DNA from: a bacterium
GTDB lineage: Bacteria > CAIWAD01
Assembly: GCA_030685015.1 (NCBI GenBank)
Contig: JAUXWS010000059.1
Span: 87,052-151,051, forward strand
Length of the DNA stretch: 64,000 nt
Direction of reading: 5' to 3'
Translations under genes and position numbers: made by a program
Shown here: positions 45,769 through 55,204 of the stretch, piece by piece
How the letters are laid out: the number at the start of each line of letters is the position of its first letter
How positions within the stretch are numbered: position 1 is the first letter of the stretch
Notes under the pieces: model-generated
What the model was told of the DNA's origin: nothing
Database searches by the model: none
The model's input: the letters and a program-made list of their open reading frames with translations, nothing else

Positions 45769-46128
45769 ATGATCAAGCAGAAAACCAACAAGCCGGTGAT
45801 GGTCAGCTTCCGCCGGAGCGTGGGCGAGCTTCGCCTGCTGGGGCTGGTGGCCTGGGGCGGGCTGTGCCTGGATCTGGCCGGGCTGCGCGGCCGGGACGTG
45901 GCGCTGCGCCTGGGGGCGCCCCGCATGTGGATGGAGACGATGCTGGAGGCCGTGGCGCAGGCGGGATCCCGCCAGCTGGTGCTGGTGGATTTGGATCTCA
46001 GCGTCTTCCTGGGCGATCCAAGCGAACTGGCCGGCCGTCTGGAAACTTGGGCGGCGCGGCAGGGCGTCCGCCTGACCCGCCTGTCCACCCAGGGCCTGTC
46101 CGCCGCCGGGTCCGCACGGGCGGCATGA
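45769..46128 (+). CDS. Hypothetical protein (119 aa), divergent from the selenoprotein pair
   Basis: Strong SD AAGGAGG before ATG 45769; natural composition. Confidence 0.6.
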   Translation: MIKQKTNKPVMVSFRRSVGELRLLGLVAWGGLCLDLAGLRGRDVALRLGAPRMWMETMLEAVAQAGSRQLVLVDLDLSVFLGDPSELAGRLETWAARQGVRLTRLSTQGLSAAGSARAA

Positions 46129-46156
46129 ATGGACGGGGCGGATGCGCTGGCATGCC

Positions 46157-46840
46157 CTACCAGCCGACCTCCTCTTCATCGCGGATGAAGCGGCCGCTGG
46201 GTCCGCCCTCAGGCAGCAGGGCGAGCCGCAAGAGGCCGCGGGCGCCCTCGTCGGGGCTGCGGTCGGCCTCCGGCCCACCCATGCGGGTCCGCACCCAGCC
46301 GGGACTGACGGCGTTGACCAGCACTCCCGGCGGCAGCCCGTGTGACAAAGACACTGTGAGAGCGTTGAGGGCGGCCTTGCTGACGCTGTAGGAGGCGGGT
46401 CCAGCCATGCCCTGGGTGAAGGAGCCCCAGCCCGAGGAGACGTTGACCACGCGACCCCAGCCCCGTGCGATCATGGGCGGCATGAAGGTCCGACAGCAGC
46501 GCCAGGCGCCCAGCAGGTTCACCTGGAGGGATTCCAGGATGTCGGTCTCGTCCACCGTCAGCGCGTCGCCCCGCACCAGGACGGCGGCATTGTTGACCAG
46601 GATGTCCACGGCCTGGCCCTGCATGTCGAGCAGGCGGGCACAGGTGGCGATGGAGGCGGGGTCGGCCACGTCCAGCTCCACGGGTGTGATGGAGCCGGCG
46701 CCGGCCACGGCGCGCAGGGCCTCCGCGCCGGCCTCCTCGTCGCGGCATCCCATCAGCACGTGTACGCCGGCTTGGGCCAGTTGCCCGCAGAGGGCAAGGC
46801 CGATGCCGCGGTTGCCGCCGGTGACCAGGGCCGTGCGCAT
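46157..46840 (-). CDS. Short-chain dehydrogenase/reductase (carbonyl reductase-like)
   Basis: TGGNRGIG, NNAA, VSSGWG, YSVSK, VSPGWVRTRMGG. Confidence 0.93.
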   Translation of the reverse strand: MRTALVTGGNRGIGLALCGQLAQAGVHVLMGCRDEEAGAEALRAVAGAGSITPVELDVADPASIATCARLLDMQGQAVDILVNNAAVLVRGDALTVDETDILESLQVNLLGAWRCCRTFMPPMIARGWGRVVNVSSGWGSFTQGMAGPASYSVSKAALNALTVSLSHGLPPGVLVNAVSPGWVRTRMGGPEADRSPDEGARGLLRLALLPEGGPSGRFIRDEEEVGW

Positions 46841-47029
46841 GGTGCTCCTCTTGTCTGCTTCCACCTCTGTTTCCGCCGCTGTACGCGGCGAGTCCGCTCC
46901 TTCCTGGCAACCCGGTGCCCAAGCAGCTTGTCGGGCTTGGCCATGAGCGACGCGTTGTGCGGCGCAAGATGTCGCGCCGGCTTGGGACATCTCGATCACC
47001 ACGCGACAACCCCTTTGCTCGGTCAACCC

Positions 47030-47174
47030 TTGCCACGGGGATGGTCGAAATCAATGTTTGCTGACGCCCGTGTGCTCGACGACCTGCAAGAGTTCGTGCT
47101 CGGCTGCAGCTTGCCGGCCAAGGCATCGAGGTCTCCTCGATATCCTGACCCAACCTCACGGTTGTAACACTCAT
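47030..47174 (-). pseudogene. Frameshifted remnant of a CopG/ribbon-helix-helix antitoxin gene
   Basis: MSVTTVRLGQDIEE, then after a 1-nt shift LDALAGKLQPSTN; SD GAAGGTG; upstream palindrome TGTAATACA; 3' boundary approximate. Confidence 0.55.
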
Positions 47175-47258
47175 GATCACCTTCAAACATCTGGCAACCA
47201 TGTAATACAAGGCGGTTGTCGTGGGAATCTTAGATGCAATCCGAATACGTGAGCCCAG

Positions 47259-48590
47259 CTACGCGTTATGCCTCACCCGGAAGCGCACCGTGCGCGTCTC
47301 CCCGGCCTTGACGGGCACCTGCATCTCCAGGGTGCCGGCGTCCTTCTTCTCCCACGCCACGTCGGATGAGAGGACGCTCCAGTCGCCCCACATCCGCTCC
47401 CGCACGATGATGGTGGCGGACTCTTTCGCCTTGCGGTTGCGCAGGACGACCTCGATCTCGCGGTCAACGCTGCGTCCGCTGCGCTTCTCGTCCAGGACCT
47501 TGCGCTCGGCCACCAGGTCGAAGGCCTTGCCGGCGCTGAGCTTCACTCTCTCATCCACCGGCGTGTGCTTGACGGCATCCTCGCCCACCATCTGCCGGCG
47601 GCCGCGGTTGTCCAGCTTGTAGAGGCGCACCGTGCCCTCGGGCAGCGGCAGGCCGGGGCCCTTGTCCTTGCTGTTGACGAACTCCAGCTCCACCTGCACC
47701 TCGTTGCCGCGGTTGCTGTCCGTGATGTAGCGCTTGGCCAGCGTGACGCGCTTGGGGTCGAAGAGGGAAACCTGCTTGTCCTGGCGGTCGCGGATGGTCA
47801 CCGGGCGTTCCAGGGTGTAGAGGTGGTACTCGAAGAAGGCCTCCTCGGCGAAGCCGCCGGCGGCGTCGGCCATCTCGGCCATGGCCATGCGCGGCGCCTT
47901 GGCCCAGTTCTCCATGGCGGGCCGCACCCGGTTGACCTTGCCCGCCACCAGCTGCAGGGTGGCGTCCTCCCAGGTGAGGCCGGTCTGGTTGCCGAGGTTG
48001 ACCCAGGAGGCCATCTCCATGCTGTTGTCGTCCTCGGCCAGCAGGCAGACGTACTCCGCCTTCCAGCCCAGCCCGCCACTCAGGTAGCTGATCGTCGCCT
48101 TGCGGTTGCCGGCGTTCTGCGCCTCCAGCTCCCAGCGCAGGGCGGGCCGCAGGCGCAGACCCTCCGGCAGGCTGGGATAGCGCACGGCGACCAGGGCCTC
48201 CGGCCGCAGGCTGGTCACTCCCTGGGCCGTCTGCAGGATGAGGCCCATCCCGCCGGCGAGCAGGGTGCCGCGCAGCCACTCGCCGCCCTCCAACTGGGCC
48301 TCGATCTCCTGGCCCAGGTAGCGGCGCAAGAGGGTGCCCTCGTCCACCAGGTCGTACTCGTAGTTCTGCTCCAGGAGGCGGACCCCCTCGCAGGAGAAGA
48401 GGACGGTGGCCGGCTCGATCTGCTGGCTGACGCCGTCGAAGAGCCACTCCTGGCGGCCTTTCTTGAGCGGCAACTCGCGCTCCTCGCTGATCAGGCCGAA
48501 GCCGTCGCTGTAAATGGTGATGGAGCCGGCGCACCAGGCCACGGGCGCCATCAGCGTGGCCAGCAGGGCGGCGGTCAGGGTGCGGGTCAT
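47259..48590 (-). CDS. DUF4139-domain exported protein
   Basis: Signal peptide; ITIY...GLI.E.R, LEQNYEYDL, SYL..GL.W.A.Y, FEYHLYTL, GLPLPEG.VR.Y, GED...HTP. Confidence 0.85.
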   Translation of the reverse strand: MTRTLTAALLATLMAPVAWCAGSITIYSDGFGLISEERELPLKKGRQEWLFDGVSQQIEPATVLFSCEGVRLLEQNYEYDLVDEGTLLRRYLGQEIEAQLEGGEWLRGTLLAGGMGLILQTAQGVTSLRPEALVAVRYPSLPEGLRLRPALRWELEAQNAGNRKATISYLSGGLGWKAEYVCLLAEDDNSMEMASWVNLGNQTGLTWEDATLQLVAGKVNRVRPAMENWAKAPRMAMAEMADAAGGFAEEAFFEYHLYTLERPVTIRDRQDKQVSLFDPKRVTLAKRYITDSNRGNEVQVELEFVNSKDKGPGLPLPEGTVRLYKLDNRGRRQMVGEDAVKHTPVDERVKLSAGKAFDLVAERKVLDEKRSGRSVDREIEVVLRNRKAKESATIIVRERMWGDWSVLSSDVAWEKKDAGTLEMQVPVKAGETRTVRFRVRHNA

Positions 48591-48628
48591 GACGATCTCC
48601 TTGCCGGCGGCGGCCGGCCCGTGGCGGG

Positions 48629-49117
48629 TCATTTCTTCTCGAAATCCAGGGATGCTGAGTTGACGCAGTAGCGCAGGCCGGTGGGCTGGGGGCCGTCCTC
48701 GAAAACGTGGCCCAGGTGGGCGCCGCAATTGGCGCAGACGATCTCCGTGCGCTGCATGCCGTGGCTGCTGTCCGGCCGGGTGGCGACGCGGTCGTTCTCG
48801 GCGGTGAAGAAACTGGGCCAGCCGCAGCCGCTGTCGTACTTGGTCTCCGACTGGAAGAGGGTGACGCCGCAGACCACGCAGCTGTAGCGGCCGTCCTCGT
48901 GGTGGTTCCAGTACTGGCCGGTGTAGGGCGCCTCGGTGCCGCGCTCCTGGGTCACGCGGAACTGCTCGGGGCTGAGGCGGGCCTTGAGGTCGGCGGAATC
49001 GGGTCGACTTGCCTCGCTCATCGCATGTCCCTCCGCGCTGGGGCTTCGTCCCGACTCGTGGTGGCAGGCCGCCAACAGCAGCAAGGCCAGGACGGAACAG
49101 ATCAATGGATGTCGCAT
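48629..49117 (-). CDS. msrB: Peptide-methionine (R)-S-oxide reductase MsrB with predicted lipoprotein signal
   Basis: [42 protein letters not shown]-terminal LLLAAC lipobox. Confidence 0.95.
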   Translation of the reverse strand: MRHPLICSVLALLLLAACHHESGRSPSAEGHAMSEASRPDSADLKARLSPEQFRVTQERGTEAPYTGQYWNHHEDGRYSCVVCGVTLFQSETKYDSGCGWPSFFTAENDRVATRPDSSHGMQRTEIVCANCGAHLGHVFEDGPQPTGLRYCVNSASLDFEKK

Positions 49118-49215
49118 GGGACCTCCGCGCGGCTGCCGGACGGCCGGACTCCCGGCCTCTGCAGGGCGCGGCGCAAGGTAGGAAATCATCCGCCCGGCGG
49201 AGCTCTTGTCGAAGG

Positions 49216-50408
49216 TCAGGCCGTGCGCGTCACGGTCAGCCGCACCTGGCCGTGGTTGTTCTTGTAGAAGTTCCAGGCCTCGTTGGCGTGGCAGCAAAGG
49301 TAGCCGGCGCGGGACGGCGTGCGGCTGTGGGCCGTGCCGATGCGGAAGGTCTCCAGGGGAGCAGGCGTGCCGTCCGGCCCCGGATCGCCGCCGTTGGCGA
49401 TGGCGCCCATGAGGGCCATCCAGGGCTCCTGCTCGGCCCGCCGCGTGCCCCAGAAATCCGCCTCCTCGTTGCCGGTCACCTTCTTCACCAGTTGTTCGAA
49501 GCGACCCCAGACCCCCGCGGCGACGTGAATCAATTCACCCTTGTCGAAGCGGCCATCCTTGGTGCCCCCTGGGGCCGCAGACCAGGTCGCGGTCCATCCA
49601 CTGGCCCTCGGCACTGGACTCGCAAGTGGCGCCCGCCTACAGCCAGAGGCCAGTGATGTTCCAACGGTCGGCGGGCGTAAATGGCCAGCTGGCAGGATTC
49701 ACCCACGGCGAGCTGTTGCGTCCGCCGGCAGGGCGCTTGGAGGATGGGCGGATCCTCCAGGCGCTTGAGGGCGGTGGAATGGATGTGATCGTCGCCGCTC
49801 GTCAGTTTTGGCGTGTGGCGGGGCTGGGTGCGCAGCAGCTTGAAGACGCCGGAGCAAGAGTCGTGCAGGACGTCCTGGTGGTTGGGGCGGACCTGGCGCA
49901 GCATGCCCGGCTTGAAGGCCTAACCCTGGGCCTGGGCCTCCTCGATCATCCACTGCAGAGCGCCGTTGGAGAGGCCGGTCTCGGCGTAGCCGCCCCCCAC
50001 GTCGCAGTGCACGCCGCGCTTCCAGCGGTCGACGTCGGACAAGCCGGTCAGATCGGGCAGGCCGCAGGCCGACATCAGTCCGGCCAGACTGCGCACCGTG
50101 CAGGCGCCGCGGCTGAAGCCGATAAGGAAGAGGCGGCCGCCGTCCTGCACGTTGCGGCAGAGCCAGTGCCAGGCGCTGAGGATGTTCTTGCTCAGCCCTT
50201 CGCCCACGCTGCCGCCCTTGGCCTTCTCCCACCATCTGTCTTCGGTGCCCGCGCCGGGATGGTGTTAGGCCAACTGGTGCCTGCCCTGGGCGTCTGTCTC
50301 GGCCAGCGCGTTGTGGAGACGCACCACGTTGGCGGGGACAGGAGTGCCGCTCTCGTCCTGGTCGGGTGTGCTCCAGGTGCCGTCGCAGCAGATAACCAGC
50401 CGCCGCAT
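49216..50408 (-). pseudogene. Decayed DUF2235 (Tle1-like alpha/beta hydrolase) gene
   Basis: MRRLVICCDGTW..NV; TAA at 50267-50265 before HPG.GT; GFSRGA; GVHCDVGGGY; TAG at 49922-49920; large internal deletion and a further frameshift near 49600. Confidence 0.85.
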
Positions 50409-50541
50409 GGGGTTTCCCCGTTTCAGATGTGTATTGGATGTGCCGTGTGGTGGCCAGCATATCACCGCCATGCGGGGAAGAGGCGATGTCAAGGGGAAAA
50501 CCGATTCAGGAAGATGCCCGCCACGGCATCCTGCTGACTGG

Positions 50542-52572
50542 TCATGGGCGCCGACGGTCCGGGTTGTGGAAGTAGTTGAAGCGCCAGAGCGCCTCGTCGC
50601 CATGGCAAGTGGCGCACAGGGTCTCGCTGCTCTCGGCCGTGAGGAATTGCACTCGTCCATGCTCACGACCTTCGCGCCAGGGCTGATGTGGATTGTGACA
50701 GGTGCGGCAATCCACATGCAGGTAGCGTCGCTCTTCCGGAACGATGGAGGGCAGCGGCCCCTTTTCCCAGGCGGGGTGGAACCAGGCCTTGGGCACGCGC
50801 TGTCCGACTCCGGAGTCGTGGTGGCAGGCCAAGCAGCCGATGGCGCCGGTTGTCCAATTGTCGGGCTGCCGTTCCCGGCTTCCTTCGGCCCAGTCCGATT
50901 CGGGCATGAGATGACCCAGGTTCGATCCGGCCACGGCGGAGCTGAGCAGGGCCGGCGTGGCCGCCTGGTGCGGACTGTGGCAGGCTGCGCAGGGATTGGG
51001 CGATTCGCCGGGCATTCCGCGCCGGTCGTGCATGCTGCCCAGGATGGAGCCCTGGTTGGTATGGCAGTCCATGCACAAGGCGCCGTCATGATTGCCCGCG
51101 CGAAGGAAACTGGAGGCATCGTCGCCGTTCATGCCCCGTGCCCATGCAGCCCCGACGGGACTCCACTGGTGTGGGTCGTGGCAGGTTTCGCAGCCGATGC
51201 GCTCATCCGCAAGGCGTGGCAGCCAGGAAGGCCGGAGGGCTCCGATTCCCCTTCCCACCGGATGGCTGAATTCACCCACGGAGCTGAGCCCCGGAGTGTT
51301 GGCTGCGGCATCCTCGTGACAGCGAAGGCACAGGCGCGTGGCCGGGCTTAGCAGGCCGGCCTCGGCGGGACCATCGGGACTGGTGGCCAGCACGTCGCGG
51401 CCGTGGGCATCGTGACAACTGCTGCAGCGCCACACCGACTGACCCGAGAGGGAGATGAAAAGCGGTTCGTCGGCGCCATGGTCGGAGGCCAGAATGGAAG
51501 CTTGGCCTGGGTGGCAACTCAGGCAAAGGCCATCTTCAGCCTGGTCCATGCGCCGCAGGAAACTGGTTCCCGGCGTGCCGGGCTGGCCTGCGTCGGTCTC
51601 GCCTCCGACGGACCACCGATGCGGATCGTGGCAGGTGATGCAAGCCACGTGGCCTTGTCGCAGGGGCAAGTCGCCACTTCCCTCCGGCACCGCGCCCAAG
51701 GGATGGCCCCAGGCATGCGCGGCGTCCTCGCTGTGGGATTGCGGCGCCGCGTGACAGCGTTGGCAAAGGGCGTTGCCGCGAGAGTCGGGCGAGGCGTTGG
51801 CGTGGGGCGCATGACAGGTCGAGCAGGCGTCGTGCTCCCCGGGCTTCCCACTGGACAGGCTGTGACGGGTGGACAGGACCTCCTGTTGCGGCTCATGGCA
51901 TGCGGCACACAGCCTGCCACGATCCTTGCCCTCCGTGTTCCGCGTGGGATGCGCGCTGTGCATCTTGTGGCAACTGAGGCATTCCACCCGGTCCCGCGGG
52001 GTGAAGGAATTGGTCAGCGAAGCGCCTCGACCATCCTTGAGCTGTGCGTGGATCGGGTGATTCCCGGCATTGCCCGCGTGGTCCGCATGACAGTTGAGGC
52101 AAAGCTCCGAGGCGAGAATGCCGTCTCGGATGAAGGGCGACAGCTCGTACTTGCGCCCCATTTTGTGCGTGTGCGGCGTGTGGCAGGTGCCGCAATAGAC
52201 GTCGCCATTCAGGTCGAGCGGAAGACTGCCCGTGGAAAAACCCTTGGGGAGTTTCCGCAAATGGATGTCGCCGGGGCGAAACGCAGTGCGGCTGTCCTTC
52301 ACGTAGCCATCGTGGCAGGACCAGCACATTTCTTCCGAGCTGTTGCGCGCCGGCTCGCCGTCCAGGATCACCGGGTTCTTCAGGGGAGGCAGGAAGGGCT
52401 CCAGGCGGTCAAAATCGTCGCCCCAGTTGATATGGCAGATGATGCACTGACGGAGGTGCTCGGCGCGCGATACCACGGCAAGGCTGTTGGATGAAGCACA
52501 CAGCAATGCCAGCAGGAGGACGCGAAAGGTCAGGTTCTGGCTTGGGATCACAAGGGGCCGGATCTTGGCCAT
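50542..52572 (-). CDS. Exported multiheme cytochrome c with 18 CxxCH motifs (paired-CxxCH repeat type)
   Basis: Hydrophobic N-terminal segment; 18 CxxCH counted by eye; repeated CxxCHxPH...LCxxCH units and HP motifs. Confidence 0.92.
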   Translation of the reverse strand: MAKIRPLVIPSQNLTFRVLLLALLCASSNSLAVVSRAEHLRQCIICHINWGDDFDRLEPFLPPLKNPVILDGEPARNSSEEMCWSCHDGYVKDSRTAFRPGDIHLRKLPKGFSTGSLPLDLNGDVYCGTCHTPHTHKMGRKYELSPFIRDGILASELCLNCHADHAGNAGNHPIHAQLKDGRGASLTNSFTPRDRVECLSCHKMHSAHPTRNTEGKDRGRLCAACHEPQQEVLSTRHSLSSGKPGEHDACSTCHAPHANASPDSRGNALCQRCHAAPQSHSEDAAHAWGHPLGAVPEGSGDLPLRQGHVACITCHDPHRWSVGGETDAGQPGTPGTSFLRRMDQAEDGLCLSCHPGQASILASDHGADEPLFISLSGQSVWRCSSCHDAHGRDVLATSPDGPAEAGLLSPATRLCLRCHEDAAANTPGLSSVGEFSHPVGRGIGALRPSWLPRLADERIGCETCHDPHQWSPVGAAWARGMNGDDASSFLRAGNHDGALCMDCHTNQGSILGSMHDRRGMPGESPNPCAACHSPHQAATPALLSSAVAGSNLGHLMPESDWAEGSRERQPDNWTTGAIGCLACHHDSGVGQRVPKAWFHPAWEKGPLPSIVPEERRYLHVDCRTCHNPHQPWREGREHGRVQFLTAESSETLCATCHGDEALWRFNYFHNPDRRRP

Positions 52573-52656
52573 GGAGGCCTCCGCGGGGATGAAGAGAATG
52601 TGCTTCCGTCAGAACAGGAGTCGGTGGCCAACGGCCGCAGGGGGCGATAGCCTCAA

Positions 52657-52674
52657 TTGTGAAACTGTTGCCAA
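52657..52674. promoter_or_regulatory. Possible Rex-type operator in the divergent cytochrome promoter region
   Basis: TTGTGAA-ACTG-TTGCCAA matches 12 of 14 positions of TTGTGAA-N4-TTCACAA. Confidence 0.4.
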
Positions 52675-52804
52675 GTTAATCCCCGTCGTGGGCAATTCAA
52701 GTGCAAGCCAGCGGGTTTCCAACTTGACATGGCAGCTTTCGTCACAGACCTTGAATCGACGAAAGCCGTTGGCAAGTTGAGTTCATGCTGGCCTTGGGAT
52801 GTGT

Positions 52805-53542
52805 ATGAAGATCCGGATCCTGTTCCTGTTTTTGTTGACGGCGGCGGTTGCCGCGGGCGCCGCCGGTGCCGGGCGGCCCTCTCCCAAGGGCGCATGCCTG
52901 GTCTGTCACAAGTTGAAGACGCCAAATTTGTACGCGGACTGGCACTCCTCCGCCCATGCCAAGAACGGAGTGACCTGCCTGGACTGCCATGAGGCGCGGG
53001 CCAGCGAACCGGATTCCTATGCCCATGGTGGAGCCACCATTTCACTTTTCGTGACCCCGAAGGATTGCGCCGGATGCCATGAGGTGGAGACAAGCCAGTA
53101 CGCGCGCTCCGGACACGCCGGCGCCGCTGTGGATCTGGAGAGCATCGACCCCGGGCTGCGCGCCAATTACGGCGAGCCCGGGTCCTGCAGCAAGTGCCAT
53201 GGTGGTCACGCCCGTCGCGATCCCGACCGGCCCATCGGCCAGCCCGTGGTGCCCCGTCCGGAACACGGCGTGGGTCGCCTGAACCAGGACGGATCGCTGG
53301 GGGCCTGCACGCCTTGTCATGCCGAACACCGCTTTGCCAGGGACGTGGCGCGCAAAGACTCAACTTGCACGGCCTGCCACGGGGAGGAACACCGTCCCCG
53401 GCATGAAGGCGCCATTCTTGCCGCCGGCGGACGGCGCGCGGGCGTGCCCCCCCTGGACAGTCAAGTGGCGTGCGCCAGTTGCCACATGTCCGTGGGGCGG
53501 GGGCGGCCAGTGTCGCATCTCATCCAGCGCAAGGGACAGTGA
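52805..53542 (+). CDS. Exported 7-heme cytochrome c resembling the N-terminal heme core of HAO-like octaheme proteins
   Basis: Signal peptide; 7 CxxCH; W..SAHAKNGVTCLDCH, VTPKDC..CH, GVGRLN.DGS.G.C..CH..H.F. Confidence 0.85.
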   Translation: MKIRILFLFLLTAAVAAGAAGAGRPSPKGACLVCHKLKTPNLYADWHSSAHAKNGVTCLDCHEARASEPDSYAHGGATISLFVTPKDCAGCHEVETSQYARSGHAGAAVDLESIDPGLRANYGEPGSCSKCHGGHARRDPDRPIGQPVVPRPEHGVGRLNQDGSLGACTPCHAEHRFARDVARKDSTCTACHGEEHRPRHEGAILAAGGRRAGVPPLDSQVACASCHMSVGRGRPVSHLIQRKGQ

Positions 53543-53605
53543 CCGCTGTGCTTCCGCACGTCCAGTTAGAGTGCCTCAGCCCATTCCAGTAGTCTCGGAG
53601 CCGAC

Positions 53606-55204
53606 ATGAACCTGGCGTACTTCAGAAACATCTGGCTGGCGGTGTTGCGCAGTCTGGCCATCAACAACATCAGTCGCGCCGGCGTGGCCATCACGACCTC
53701 GGCATTCGTCTCCTTCTTCTTCTTTGAGATCAGCATGCTGACCGGGGTCCTTCACAACCCCTACGTGGGCATGATCACCTACCTGGGCATTCCCATGCTG
53801 TTCATCCTGGGCCTGATGTTGATCCCGATCAGCTGGGTGTGGGAGGCACGACGCCGGAAATGCAGCATCAAGGCCCTGTTGTGGGAGAGGTTCGATCGAC
53901 GCATGCTGGAGCGTCGTGCGCGCGGCGCATTGGCCTTGCGTGTGCTGGTCATCATGAGCTTCGTCAATGTGGGCTTCATCAGCGTGGTGGGATTCCAGGC
54001 GGCCAAGCACATGGACGAATCTGAATTCTGCGGCACCACGTGCCACACGGTGATGGGTCCGGAATGGGCCGTGTATCAGGGGTCTCCGCACGCCCGTGTG
54101 CAATGCGTGCATTGTCACATCGGCGAAGGCGTGGGTGCCCTGGTGGACGCCAAGCTCAACGGCGCGTGGCAGATGATCGCCCTGTCCCTGGGCATCTATG
54201 AACGGCCGATTCCCACTCCGGTCCACAACTTGCGCCCGGCCCGCTTCACCTGCGAGAAGTGTCATTGGCCCGCGCTTTTCCACGGCAACCAATTCAAGAA
54301 CATCGTTCACTACGAAGAGGACGAAAGCTCCACGCCGCGCCACACGACCCTGATGATGAAGACCGGGTCGGGCGAGCCGGGGCATGAGCACGGCAGTCAT
54401 TGGCACGTGTCCCCCAGCAATCAAGTGCATTACGCGTCCCTGGATGACAAGGGCGAAACCATGGTCTGGGTTGACATGCGGTTGCCCGACGGAGGGGTGC
54501 GTCGCTACCACAACAAGTCCTTGTCGAAGGCGGACGCCGAGCGTGCTGGACTAACACACACGATGGACTGCGTGGATTGCCACAACCGGGCCACGCATGT
54601 CTTCGAGCTGCCTGCGGTTGCCGTGGATCAGCGGATTCGCCTGGGACTCATCAGCCGGGATCTGCCCTACATCAAGCGTCAGGCGCTGGCCGCTCTTGTG
54701 CAGGCGTACCCTGATCGCGACGCCGCGATGACGGGGATTGACGCAAGCATTCGCGGATTCTATCATCAGGAATACCCCGAACTTGCCATGGCCCGCGCCA
54801 CCGCCCTGGACTCCGCGGTCACGACGGTGCAGGCCATCCACCGGCGCAACATTCATCCGGACATGAAGGTGGTCTGGGGGAGCTACCCCAACCACCTGGG
54901 TCACGGCAGCACCTCAGGGGGCTGTTTTCGGTGTCACAATCAAGACATGGTGGATGATTCGGGAGCCGGCATCCCGGACGACTGCGTGCTCTGTCATTCG
55001 ATCCTCTCCAACGACGAGCCGGAGCCTTATCTCTATCTGTTCCGGCCGGACGAGTACGCGCCGCGGGAAACACAGGAGATGCAGCGATTCCTGCGGACGG
55101 AATTCTGGGAATACACACGGGATGCAGTGGAAAAGGGCGCCCGCCCGAATCAGTCACCACCGGACTGGTTCAACAAGGCGGCGGGCCGCGAATCCGGGGA
55201 TTGA
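53606..55204 (+). CDS. Membrane-anchored NapC/NirT-family multiheme cytochrome c with extended C-terminal domain
   Basis: About 3 N-terminal TM helices; FCGTTCH (CX3CH), SPHARVQCVHCH, plus CEKCH, CVDCH, CFRCH, CVLCH. Confidence 0.88.
   Translation: MNLAYFRNIWLAVLRSLAINNISRAGVAITTSAFVSFFFFEISMLTGVLHNPYVGMITYLGIPMLFILGLMLIPISWVWEARRRKCSIKALLWERFDRRMLERRARGALALRVLVIMSFVNVGFISVVGFQAAKHMDESEFCGTTCHTVMGPEWAVYQGSPHARVQCVHCHIGEGVGALVDAKLNGAWQMIALSLGIYERPIPTPVHNLRPARFTCEKCHWPALFHGNQFKNIVHYEEDESSTPRHTTLMMKTGSGEPGHEHGSHWHVSPSNQVHYASLDDKGETMVWVDMRLPDGGVRRYHNKSLSKADAERAGLTHTMDCVDCHNRATHVFELPAVAVDQRIRLGLISRDLPYIKRQALAALVQAYPDRDAAMTGIDASIRGFYHQEYPELAMARATALDSAVTTVQAIHRRNIHPDMKVVWGSYPNHLGHGSTSGGCFRCHNQDMVDDSGAGIPDDCVLCHSILSNDEPEPYLYLFRPDEYAPRETQEMQRFLRTEFWEYTRDAVEKGARPNQSPPDWFNKAAGRESGD

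Noticed and set aside
53540..53569. Read-through of the 7-heme cytochrome stop would give U-P-L-C (UxxC)
   Set aside because: Only eight more residues follow before TAG, there is no CxxCH His, and the nearby hairpin (GTGC-TTCC-GCAC) is too close and has no loop G. Probably chance.
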